Positions 56,354 to 64,000 of a stretch of 64,000 bases of DNA are shown piece after piece. A model generated the notes under the pieces. That model was not told where the DNA came from and did not search any database. It saw only the letters and a program-made list of their open reading frames with translations. Numbering within the stretch: position 1 is the stretch's first letter; every line of letters begins with the position of its first letter. Made by a program: the position numbers and the translations under genes. Location: NCBI GenBank assembly GCA_965649745.1, contig CBFGLW010000002.1, positions 31,580-95,579 of the forward strand, in the 5' to 3' direction. This DNA comes from an uncultured Mesorhizobium sp. (GTDB taxonomy: Bacteria > Pseudomonadota > Alphaproteobacteria > Rhizobiales > Rhizobiaceae).

Positions 56354-57351
56354 ACGCGCATCATCGGGCTTCCCACTACAACTTCGCCTACCTCGATGAG
56401 CAGACCAAGCGGATGATCCGCCGGGCGATCCTGAAAGCCATCGCCATACCCGGCTACCAGGTTCCCTTCGCCAGCCGCGAGATGCCCATGCCCTATGGCT
56501 GGGGCACCGGTGGCGTGCAGGTCACCGCCGCCATCCTCGGTCCCGAGGACGTGTTGAAAGTGATCGACCAGGGCGCCGACGACACCACCAACGCTGTGTC
56601 GATCCGCAAGTTCTTCCAGCGCGTCGCCGACGTCGAGACGACGACGAAGACGGCGGACGCGACTATCGTCCAGACCCGCCATCGCATTCCGGAAACGCCG
56701 CTACAGGCGGGGCAGGTGCTTGTCTACCAGGTGCCTATTCCCGAGCCGCTGCGTTTCCTGGAGCCGCGCGAAGCCGAGACGCGCAAGATGCATGCCCTCG
56801 AGGAATACGGGCTGATGCATGTGAAGCTCTACGAGGACATCGCCCGCAACGGCCATATCGCCACCACCTATGCCTATCCGGTCAAGGTGGAGGGCCGTTA
56901 CGTCATGGACCCGTCGCCGACGCCGAAATTCGACAATCCGAAGATGAATATGTCGGAAGCGCTGCAGCTTTTCGGAGCGGGCCGGGAAAAGCGCATATAC
57001 GCGCTCCCGCCCTACACCGAAGTCGTCAGTCTGGACTTCGAGGACCATCCTTTCGAGGTGCAGCGCTTCGACAGGCCCTGCGCGCTCTGCGGCGCGGAAG
57101 CGGTCTATCTGGACGAGGTTGTGCTCGATGATCGCGGCGGGCGCATGTTCGTCTGTTCGGACACCGATCATTGCGAGACGCGGCGCAGTTCCCTCCCCCT
57201 TGAGGGGAGGGTGGGCGGCGAAGCCGACCGGGTGGGGCCGTCGCTGACGTCTACGGCCTCCTCTTTCGACTACGTTATGCCGGCGGAGAGCACCCCACCC
57301 GGCCGGACTGCGTCCGGCCACCCTCCCCGCAAGGGGGAGGGACCCCGGTGA
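56350..57351 (+). CDS. phnJ: C-P lyase core subunit PhnJ with a ~55-aa C-terminal extension encoded by a repeat element
   Basis: NFAYLDEQTKRMIRRAILKAIAIPGYQVPFASREMPMPYGWGTGG...CALCGA...FVCSDTDHC. After ...CETRR the frame continues through 57191-57341 (RIME-like repeat) to a TGA overlapping the phnK start. Confidence 0.85.
   Translation: MNAHHRASHYNFAYLDEQTKRMIRRAILKAIAIPGYQVPFASREMPMPYGWGTGGVQVTAAILGPEDVLKVIDQGADDTTNAVSIRKFFQRVADVETTTKTADATIVQTRHRIPETPLQAGQVLVYQVPIPEPLRFLEPREAETRKMHALEEYGLMHVKLYEDIARNGHIATTYAYPVKVEGRYVMDPSPTPKFDNPKMNMSEALQLFGAGREKRIYALPPYTEVVSLDFEDHPFEVQRFDRPCALCGAEAVYLDEVVLDDRGGRMFVCSDTDHCETRRSSLPLEGRVGGEADRVGPSLTSTASSFDYVMPAESTPPGRTASGHPPRKGEGPR
57191..57341. repeat. RIME-like intergenic mosaic element (copy 2), embedded in the phnJ 3' end
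   Basis: Terminal hairpins CCCTCCCCCTTGAGGGGAGGG and CCCTCCCCGCAAGGGGGAGGG. The inner box CCGGGTGGGG pairs with CCCCACCCGG. There is a small hairpin GGCCGGAC-TGC-GTCCGGCC. Confidence 0.7.
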
Positions 57352-58124
57352 GCGACTTGCCCCTTCTGTCCGTCCGTTCGCTGACCAAGACGTATGGCAG
57401 CCGCATCGGCTGTTTTGGCATTGATTTCGATGTCTGGCCGGGCGAGGTTCTGGCCATCGTAGGCGAGTCCGGGTCCGGCAAGACGACGCTGCTCAACTGC
57501 ATTTCGACGCGGCTGGCGCCGACTTCCGGAACGATTTCCTATCGTATGCGCGATGGCGTGATGCGCGATCTCTATCGCCTCGGCGAGGCTGAACGCCGCT
57601 TCCTGCTCAGGACCGACTGGGGCTTCGTCCACCAGAATCCCGCCGATGGACTACGCATGACCGTGTCGGCGGGCGCCAATGTCGGCGAGCGCCTGATGGC
57701 CGTCGGCGAGCGCCACTATGGCCGCATCCGCGAGACCGCGACCGATTGGCTCGGGCGCGTGGAAATCGACGCCGACCGCATCGACGACCAGCCGCGCGCC
57801 TTCTCCGGCGGTATGCGCCAGCGGCTGCAGATCGCCCGCAATCTCGTCACCGCCCCGCGTCTGGTGTTCATGGACGAACCGACCGGCGGCCTCGACGTCT
57901 CGGTGCAGGCGCGCCTGCTCGACCTGCTGCGCGGGCTGGTTTCCGACCTTGGTCTTGCAGCCATCGTCGTCACGCACGACCTCGCCGTTGCGCGCCTCCT
58001 TTCCCACCGCATGGTGGTGATGAAGGAGGGCCGCATCGTCGAGCAAGGCCTTACCGATCGGCTGCTCGACGACCCGCAGGCGCCATACACGCAACTGCTC
58101 GTTTCCTCCATCCTGCAGGTCTGA
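57348..58124 (+). CDS. phnK: C-P lyase system ATP-binding protein PhnK
   Basis: ABC ATPase motifs GESGSGKTT, FSGGMRQRLQIAR and VFMDEPTGGLD. GTG start overlaps the phnJ stop (GTGA). Confidence 0.88.
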   Translation: MSDLPLLSVRSLTKTYGSRIGCFGIDFDVWPGEVLAIVGESGSGKTTLLNCISTRLAPTSGTISYRMRDGVMRDLYRLGEAERRFLLRTDWGFVHQNPADGLRMTVSAGANVGERLMAVGERHYGRIRETATDWLGRVEIDADRIDDQPRAFSGGMRQRLQIARNLVTAPRLVFMDEPTGGLDVSVQARLLDLLRGLVSDLGLAAIVVTHDLAVARLLSHRMVVMKEGRIVEQGLTDRLLDDPQAPYTQLLVSSILQV

Positions 58125-58134
58125 GGCAGCGCCG

Positions 58135-58842
58135 ATGTCAACCTTGCTCTCCGTTTCCGGCCTCTCGAAAACCTTCACCATGCATCTGCGGGGCGGCGTC
58201 GAGCTTCCGGTAATCTTAGGCGCCAGCTTTGCCCTTGAAGCTGGGCGCTGCGCCGTACTCGGTGGCCCTTCCGGGGCCGGCAAAAGCTCGATCCTGAAAA
58301 TGCTCTATGGCAACTACGCCGCCGACGGTGGGTCGATAATGGTCCGTCACGACGGTGAGGAAATCGATCTGGCCGCCGCGTCGCCGCGGAAGGTAATCGA
58401 GGTCCGGCAGCGCACCATCGGCTATGTCAGCCAGTTCCTGCGCGTTGTGCCGCGCATCGGTGCGGTGGACATCGTTGCCGAACCCTTGGTCGAGCGCGGT
58501 GTCAAACGCGGCGTTGCGACGGAACGTGCGGCAGCCCTTCTGGCTCGGCTGAATTTGCCGGAAAGGTTGTGGCGGCTGCCGCCGGCGACATTTTCGGGTG
58601 GCGAGCAGCAGCGCGTCAATATCGCGCGGGGCTTCATCACGGATCACCCGATCCTCCTGCTCGACGAACCCACCGCTTCGCTGGATGCCGCCAACCGCGC
58701 CGTCGTCGTCGACATGATCGGCGAGAAGAAGCAGGCCGGCACGGCTCTGCTCGGCATATTCCACGATGCGGAAGTACGGGCCGCCGTCGCCGACAGCGTC
58801 ATTGACGTCTCAGGCTTTGCACCCGAACGGAAGGTTGCCTGA
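58135..58842 (+). CDS. phnL: C-P lyase system ATP-binding protein PhnL
   Basis: GPSGAGKSS, FSGGEQQRVNIARG and LLLDEPTASLD. Operon position agrees. Confidence 0.88.
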   Translation: MSTLLSVSGLSKTFTMHLRGGVELPVILGASFALEAGRCAVLGGPSGAGKSSILKMLYGNYAADGGSIMVRHDGEEIDLAAASPRKVIEVRQRTIGYVSQFLRVVPRIGAVDIVAEPLVERGVKRGVATERAAALLARLNLPERLWRLPPATFSGGEQQRVNIARGFITDHPILLLDEPTASLDAANRAVVVDMIGEKKQAGTALLGIFHDAEVRAAVADSVIDVSGFAPERKVA

Positions 58843-58844
58843 CC

Positions 58845-59588
58845 ATGCCGCGCCTGTCCGAAACACCCTGGATCGACCCGACGGCCGTCGTCGAGGATTG
58901 TGAGCTTGGCCGTTACACGGAGGTCAGCGAAGGCTGCCGCCTGTCTGAAACCATCGTCGGCGACTATTCCTACCTGATGCAGAACTGCCAGACATGGTGC
59001 GTCACCATTGGCAAGTTCGCCAACATCGCAGCTTCGGTGCGCATCAATGCCACGCATCATCCGATGACCCGGGCGACCCTGCATCATTTCACCTATCGCG
59101 CCGGCGACTATTTCGAGGATGCCGGGCACGAGCCCGATTTCTTCGCTGCGCGCCGCGCCAAACGGGTCATTATCGGCCACGACACCTGGATCGGCCATGG
59201 CGCCGTCATCCTGCCCGGCGTCACGATTGGCGATGGAGCGGTGGTAGGGTCGGGCGCGGTCGTCAGCCGCGATGTCGCACCTTATGCCATCGTCGGCGGC
59301 GTGCCGGCCCGGCTGATCCGCATGCGGTTTCCGGCTGACACCGCCGCTCGGATGGGCAGGCTCGCCTGGTGGGATTGGGACCATGCCAGGCTGCGTGCGG
59401 CGCTGGAAGATTTTCGCAACCTTCCGGCCGAGCAGTTCCTCGATCGCTATGAAGAAAACCACATGCCTGTGGGCGGTCATGAAACTGACATAGCCGCGCA
59501 ATTCCAGCGTCATGCGCCGCCGCTAGGTCCGGGGCAGGATTGGGCGCAACCGGCAGAGGCCTCGGCCCCCCGGGCTTCGGGCGGATGA
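58845..59588 (+). CDS. Hexapeptide-repeat acetyltransferase associated with phosphonate metabolism
   Basis: Left-handed beta-helix repeats ([31 protein letters not shown]) in xenobiotic-acetyltransferase-like context ([12 protein letters not shown]). Confidence 0.75.
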   Translation: MPRLSETPWIDPTAVVEDCELGRYTEVSEGCRLSETIVGDYSYLMQNCQTWCVTIGKFANIAASVRINATHHPMTRATLHHFTYRAGDYFEDAGHEPDFFAARRAKRVIIGHDTWIGHGAVILPGVTIGDGAVVGSGAVVSRDVAPYAIVGGVPARLIRMRFPADTAARMGRLAWWDWDHARLRAALEDFRNLPAEQFLDRYEENHMPVGGHETDIAAQFQRHAPPLGPGQDWAQPAEASAPRASGG

Positions 59589-59652
59589 GCCGACCTCGGA
59601 ATTCTCCGCCCATCGTCATCGTAGCCAGCTAACGAGAAAGGAAAGACCACAA

Positions 59653-60501
59653 ATGGGTGCCATATCCATCAGAAATCTCTCCAAGACTTTCGGCAAGAAG
59701 CTGGCGCTGGACAATGTCAGCCTCGATATCCGCAGCGGCGAGATGGTCGCCCTGATCGGCGCTTCGGGCTCCGGCAAGAGCACGCTCATCCGCCACATAT
59801 GCGGCCTGGAGACGGCGCAGTGTGGCGGCGGTGCGGTCGAGATCATGGGCTCGCATATCCAGGACGGTGGCCGGCTTGCGCATGGCGCCAGGCGGCTGCG
59901 CCGCGATGTCGGCGTCGTGTTCCAGCAGTTCAACCTTGTCGGCCGCCTGTCGGTGCTTTCGAACGTGCTGCTCGGCAATCTCGGACGCATTCCACTCTGG
60001 CGTGGCACGTTCGGCCTTTTCACCGGCGAGGAGAAGCGCGCGGCGCGTGAGGCGCTTGCAAGGGTTGGCATTCCGGAAGTCGGCTGGCAACGCGCCTCGA
60101 CGCTTTCCGGCGGTCAGCAGCAGCGCGCCGCCATCGCCCGCACGCTGGTGCAGAAGTCGCGCATCCTGCTGGCTGACGAACCGATCGCCTCGCTTGACCC
60201 GTCGTCCGCTCGCCGTGTCATGGAAGTGCTGGCGACCGTGAACAGGGAGAACGGCATCACCTGCGTGGTTTCCCTTCATCAGGTCGAGTACGCCCGGCGC
60301 TATTGCCCGCGCACGGTCGCCCTGCGCGATGGCCGGATCGTCTTCGACGGTCCGTCAACCGCACTCACCAACGACATGCTGGTGGAACTCTACGGAGCCG
60401 GTTCCGAGGAGCTGATCCTGTCGGAGATCAAGGCGCAGAAGAAAACACCGTCCCGCTCCGTCAAGCCGGTCCTGAAACCGGCCGGCGCTTTTGCGGCCTG
60501 A
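59653..60501 (+). CDS. phnC: Phosphonate ABC transporter ATP-binding protein PhnC
   Basis: [35 protein letters not shown] and SLHQVEYA (PhnC-typical). Confidence 0.88.
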   Translation: MGAISIRNLSKTFGKKLALDNVSLDIRSGEMVALIGASGSGKSTLIRHICGLETAQCGGGAVEIMGSHIQDGGRLAHGARRLRRDVGVVFQQFNLVGRLSVLSNVLLGNLGRIPLWRGTFGLFTGEEKRAAREALARVGIPEVGWQRASTLSGGQQQRAAIARTLVQKSRILLADEPIASLDPSSARRVMEVLATVNRENGITCVVSLHQVEYARRYCPRTVALRDGRIVFDGPSTALTNDMLVELYGAGSEELILSEIKAQKKTPSRSVKPVLKPAGAFAA

Positions 60502-60535
60502 AGACTATGAATTCCGAACCTCAAGGAGAAGCAAG

Positions 60536-61525
60536 ATGAACATCCTTCTGAAAGCCATGGCGACGGCCACGCTCGCCCTCACGGTTACCGCAGCCAATGC
60601 CGAGACCATCAATTTCGGCATTATCTCGACCGAGTCGCAGCAGAACCTGAAGCCGAAATGGGAGCCCTTCCTGGCCGACATGGAAAAGACCACCGGCCTC
60701 GACATCCAGCCCTTCTTCGCCTCGGACTATGCCGGCGTCATCGAAGGCATGCGTTTCGGCAAGGTGCAGATGGCCTGGTATGGCAACAAGTCGGCCATGG
60801 AGGCCGTCGATCGCGCCGACGGCGAAGTCTTCGTCCAGACGGTGAGTGTCGACGGCAATCCCGGCTACTGGTCGCTGATCCTGGCGCCGAAGGACAGCAA
60901 GCTCAATTCGGTCGAGGATCTGTTGAAATGCGACCAGTCCTTGAACTTCGGCCTGGGCGACGTGAACTCGACCTCCGGCTATCTGGTTCCGACCACCTTT
61001 GTCTTTGCGGCGAACAAGGTCGACCCCAAGGCCTGTTTCAAGAATGTCACCAATTCCAACCACGAGACCAACGCCATGGCGGTCGCCAACGGCCAGCTCG
61101 ATGCCGCTACCAACAACACTGAAAGCATGACGCTGATCGAGAAGAATGCCCCGGAAGCCTTCGCCAAGATCAAGGTCATCTGGAAGTCGCCCTTGATCCC
61201 GGCCGATCCGATCGTCTGGCGTAAGGACCTCCCGCAAGAGACTAAAGCCAAGATCAAGGATTTCTTCCTCACTTACGGCACCGACAAGTCCAAAGGCGAT
61301 GCGGCCAAGGAAAAGGAAGTTCTGGCCGGTCTGGAATGGGCGCCTTTCCGCGAGTCGACCGACGATCAGTTGCTGCCGATCCGCGTGATGGAGCTGACGA
61401 AGTCGATCGCCAAGATCGAGGCCGACGCCAAGCTCTCGGCGGACGAGAAGAAGGCCCAGATCGAAAAGCTCGAAGCCGAAAGAAGCGGCTACGAGGCGAA
61501 GATCAAGGCCAGCAACCAGAGCTGA
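60536..61525 (+). CDS. phnD: Phosphonate ABC transporter substrate-binding protein PhnD
   Basis: Signal peptide; INFGIISTESQQNL...DYAGVIEGMRFGKVQMAWYG...NSTSGYLVP. Confidence 0.85.
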   Translation: MNILLKAMATATLALTVTAANAETINFGIISTESQQNLKPKWEPFLADMEKTTGLDIQPFFASDYAGVIEGMRFGKVQMAWYGNKSAMEAVDRADGEVFVQTVSVDGNPGYWSLILAPKDSKLNSVEDLLKCDQSLNFGLGDVNSTSGYLVPTTFVFAANKVDPKACFKNVTNSNHETNAMAVANGQLDAATNNTESMTLIEKNAPEAFAKIKVIWKSPLIPADPIVWRKDLPQETKAKIKDFFLTYGTDKSKGDAAKEKEVLAGLEWAPFRESTDDQLLPIRVMELTKSIAKIEADAKLSADEKKAQIEKLEAERSGYEAKIKASNQS

Positions 61526-61583
61526 CATCGTCTGACGCCGTGCCGGCCGGCTTTTCCGGCCGGCCGCAAATGCAGAGTTTCAA

Positions 61584-62402
61584 ATGGCACATCTCGCTGA
61601 CAGCCCGGACTTGAAGGCGTCCCGCCCCGAGATCGCGCGTGACTGGACACGCACGCTCTGGACGTCCTTCATATGGATCGCACTGGCGCTCCTGCTGGTC
61701 TGGAGCTGGGCGCCGGCCGAGATGTCGCGCTGGACGTATCTTTTCACCGACGCCGACAACATGGCCCGCTACGCTGCCGGGTTCGCGCATCCGAATTTCT
61801 CGGAATGGCGTTATTACCTTCAGGAGATGGGCGTCACGATCCAGATCGCGCTGTGGGGCACGTTCCTGGCTGCCGTCCTCGCCGTTCCTTTCGGGGTGCT
61901 TTCTGCGCGAAACATGGCGCCCTGGTATATCGTCCAGCCGGTTCGCCGCCTCATGGACCTGTTTCGGTCGATCCACGAACTCGTCTTCGCGGTGCTGTTC
62001 GTGGTCGCCGTCGGTCTCGGCCCATTTGCCGGCGTCATGGCGCTATTCGTCCATACCACCGGCATCCTGGCGAAGCTTTTTTCCGAGGCGGTCGAAGCGG
62101 TCGATCCGCGGCCGATCGAGGCGATCCGATCGACGGGCGCCACGCGCCTGCAGGAGGTCGTTTTCGGTGTCATCCCGCAGGTCATACCGCTGTGGATTTC
62201 CTATGCGCTTTATCGTTTCGAATCGAATGTCCGCGCCGCTACCGTTCTTGGCGTCATCGGCGCCGGCGGCATAGGCCAGGTCCTCTTCGAATCGATCCGC
62301 GGTTTCTACTACGCGGAAGCCGCGGCGATGCTCATCATCATGCTGCTGACGGTCTCGCTGATCGATCTCCTGTCGCAGCAGCTTCGCAAGCTGTTCCTCT
62401 GA
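61584..62402 (+). CDS. phnE: Phosphonate ABC transporter permease PhnE
   Basis: Polytopic protein with [12 protein letters not shown] (EAA-loop-like, PhnE-typical). Confidence 0.85.
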   Translation: MAHLADSPDLKASRPEIARDWTRTLWTSFIWIALALLLVWSWAPAEMSRWTYLFTDADNMARYAAGFAHPNFSEWRYYLQEMGVTIQIALWGTFLAAVLAVPFGVLSARNMAPWYIVQPVRRLMDLFRSIHELVFAVLFVVAVGLGPFAGVMALFVHTTGILAKLFSEAVEAVDPRPIEAIRSTGATRLQEVVFGVIPQVIPLWISYALYRFESNVRAATVLGVIGAGGIGQVLFESIRGFYYAEAAAMLIIMLLTVSLIDLLSQQLRKLFL

Positions 62403-63127
62403 TGGACGAACCTGCCATGCGCTACGCCATCTACTTCACACCGCCGTCGACGCATCCGCTGACAAGCTCTGCTTCGCATTGGCTCGGTCGGGATGCCTTC
62501 AGCGGCGAAGACCTGCCTTTCCCTTCAGTCATCTCCGGACCGACGGAACCGCAGGTCGAGCGCCTCCTTGAAGAGCCACGCCGCTACGGCTTTCACGGCA
62601 CCATCGTTGCACCCTTCAGGCTGAGCAAGGACGTTACGCAGGACCAGCTTGGCCGTTCGGTTGAATCGTTCTGCGCAAATGTCACGCCGTTCGAATTGCC
62701 GAAGCTGGAAATCGTGCGGATCGGCCGCTTCTTCGCGCTTTGTCCTGTCGGCGGAAATGACAGGATCGATAGCCTGGCAGCATCGGCGGTCGATCATTTC
62801 AATCCGCTGCGAGCGCCGTTGGGCGAAACCCAGATCGCCAGGCGCAGGCCGGAGACCCTGACGGTGCGACAGCAGGCCTACCTGCATCGTTACGGATATC
62901 CATACGTCAAGGACGAGTTCCGCTTCCACATGACGTTGACCGGGCCGGTCGACATCGGCGACGAAAACACGGTGCGTTCTGCCCTGCGAGCGTGGTTCGA
63001 GCCGGTTCTGGCGGAGCCGTTATGCGTCGAAAGCCTCAGCATCTTCATGGAACCGGAAGCCGGCGCCCCGTTCACCGTTCTGGACAGTTATACATTCACC
63101 GCCGGTGCGGCGAGAAGGACCGCCTGA
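62402..63127 (+). CDS. DUF1045 / 2H-phosphoesterase-like putative phosphonate-metabolism protein
   Basis: MRYAIYFTPP...RRYGFHGTIVAPF...FRFHMTLTG (two H-x-T motifs). The start overlaps the phnE stop (TGATG). The much longer track ORF 61673-63127 is an upstream out-of-gene extension. Confidence 0.75.
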   Translation: MDEPAMRYAIYFTPPSTHPLTSSASHWLGRDAFSGEDLPFPSVISGPTEPQVERLLEEPRRYGFHGTIVAPFRLSKDVTQDQLGRSVESFCANVTPFELPKLEIVRIGRFFALCPVGGNDRIDSLAASAVDHFNPLRAPLGETQIARRRPETLTVRQQAYLHRYGYPYVKDEFRFHMTLTGPVDIGDENTVRSALRAWFEPVLAEPLCVESLSIFMEPEAGAPFTVLDSYTFTAGAARRTA

Positions 63128-63128
63128 C

Positions 63129-64000
63129 ATGCAGGAGATCGTCCTCAAAAACGCGAAACTGGTGTTCGAAAACGAAATCGTTTCCGGCTCCGTGCTCGTC
63201 CGTGACGGTCTGATCTGCCAGGCCGACGGCGGTTCGCATATGGGCGGCGAGGACATGGAAGGCGATTATATCGTTCCCGGCCTGGTCGAATTGCATACGG
63301 ACCATCTGGAATCCCATTACTCGCCCCGGCCCGGTGTCAGGTGGGACAGCATGGCCGCCCTGCAGGCGCATGATGCGCAAGTGGTCGGCTCTGGAATCAC
63401 CACCGTGTTCGACTGCCTGCGGCTGGGATCGGACGAGGATGGCGGCTTCCAGAAAGGTGAGATGCGCGCTATCGGCGACGCGATCGAACGGGCCGGCAAT
63501 GAAGAGCGGCTGCGCGCCAGTCATCTGATTCATCTGCGCTGCGAAGTGTCGGCCGGCAACGTGCTGGAGCATTTCGAAGATTTCCGCGGCGATCCGCAGG
63601 TGCGCTTGGCCTCGCTCATGGACCATGCTCCGGGCCAGCGGCAGTTCGCGACGCTCGATCAGTACGTCCTCTACTACAAGAAGAAAGTCGGCCTCAGCGA
63701 CGCGGAATTCGAACGCTTCATGGTGCGTCGTCAGGAAGATTCGGCCAGATATTCGGCGGGCAACCGCATGGCCATCGCGCGGGCCTGCAACGATCGCGGC
63801 ATCGCAATCGCCAGCCATGACGACGCGACGCTTGAGCATGTTGAGGAATCAAAGGCCTTCGGCGTGCGGCTGGCGGAGTTCCCGACCAGCGTCGAGGCGG
63901 CACAGGCGTCGCATGAAGCCGGCATGTCTGTCATGATGGGCGCTCCCAACATCGTGCGCGGCAAATCCCATTCCGGCAATATCTCGGCGAAGTCGCTGGC
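63129..64000 (+). CDS. phnM: Alpha-D-ribose 1-methylphosphonate 5-triphosphate diphosphatase PhnM (3'-truncated by the window end)
   Basis: MQEIVLKNAKLVFENEIVSGSVLVRDGLI...YIVPGLVELHTDHLE (amidohydrolase HxH-type). The frame stays open to nt 64000, so it is not in the ORF track. Confidence 0.85.
   Translation, partial: MQEIVLKNAKLVFENEIVSGSVLVRDGLICQADGGSHMGGEDMEGDYIVPGLVELHTDHLESHYSPRPGVRWDSMAALQAHDAQVVGSGITTVFDCLRLGSDEDGGFQKGEMRAIGDAIERAGNEERLRASHLIHLRCEVSAGNVLEHFEDFRGDPQVRLASLMDHAPGQRQFATLDQYVLYYKKKVGLSDAEFERFMVRRQEDSARYSAGNRMAIARACNDRGIAIASHDDATLEHVEESKAFGVRLAEFPTSVEAAQASHEAGMSVMMGAPNIVRGKSHSGNISAKSL

Overview
High-GC alphaproteobacterial chromosome segment. It looks Rhizobiales-like from gene content (GcrA, a PodJ-like protein, class-I LysRS, a SAM-II riboswitch, RIME-like repeats). 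All family calls come from reading motifs by eye; no searches were run.

Nt 1 to about 9,400 is an accessory/mobile region abutting a tRNA-Thr(CGU) gene. It holds:
- the 3' end of a helicase/nuclease-type gene;
- a stand-alone 407-aa UG/Abi-class reverse transcriptase preceded by a 508-nt ORF-poor leader. This candidate RT-plus-ncRNA defence module is my top candidate for an undescribed system;
- a P4-like integrase, an AlpA-like HTH protein, a RepB'/VirE-type primase, an XRE repressor and a small membrane protein;
- a Panacea (DUF4065) antitoxin-type gene paired with an unassignable 247-aa partner. This candidate new PanA-PanT-type toxin-antitoxin module starts only 31 nt from the tRNA 3' end.
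A 39-nt copy of the tRNA 5' half lies 97 nt beyond the intact tRNA.

Nt about 9,500 to 64,000 is core genome. It holds nitronate monooxygenase and the ligase-associated DNA-damage-response cluster (ligase, MBL exonuclease, Lhr-like helicase, PdeM). It also holds a PodJ-like polarity protein and a MerR (LiuR-like) regulator with a beta-oxidation operon that share a 16-bp palindrome. Further genes are class-I LysRS, PPK2, PhoR/PhoU, CorA, GcrA, ArgD, Hsp33, ApaG, MetZ behind a SAM-II riboswitch, and tRNA-Gly(CCC). The window ends in a phosphonate C-P lyase locus (phnF, phnGHIJKL, phnCDE, phnM), where a RIME-like repeat is read through as a C-terminal extension of PhnJ.

Many long ORFs in the track are GC-driven antisense shadows.
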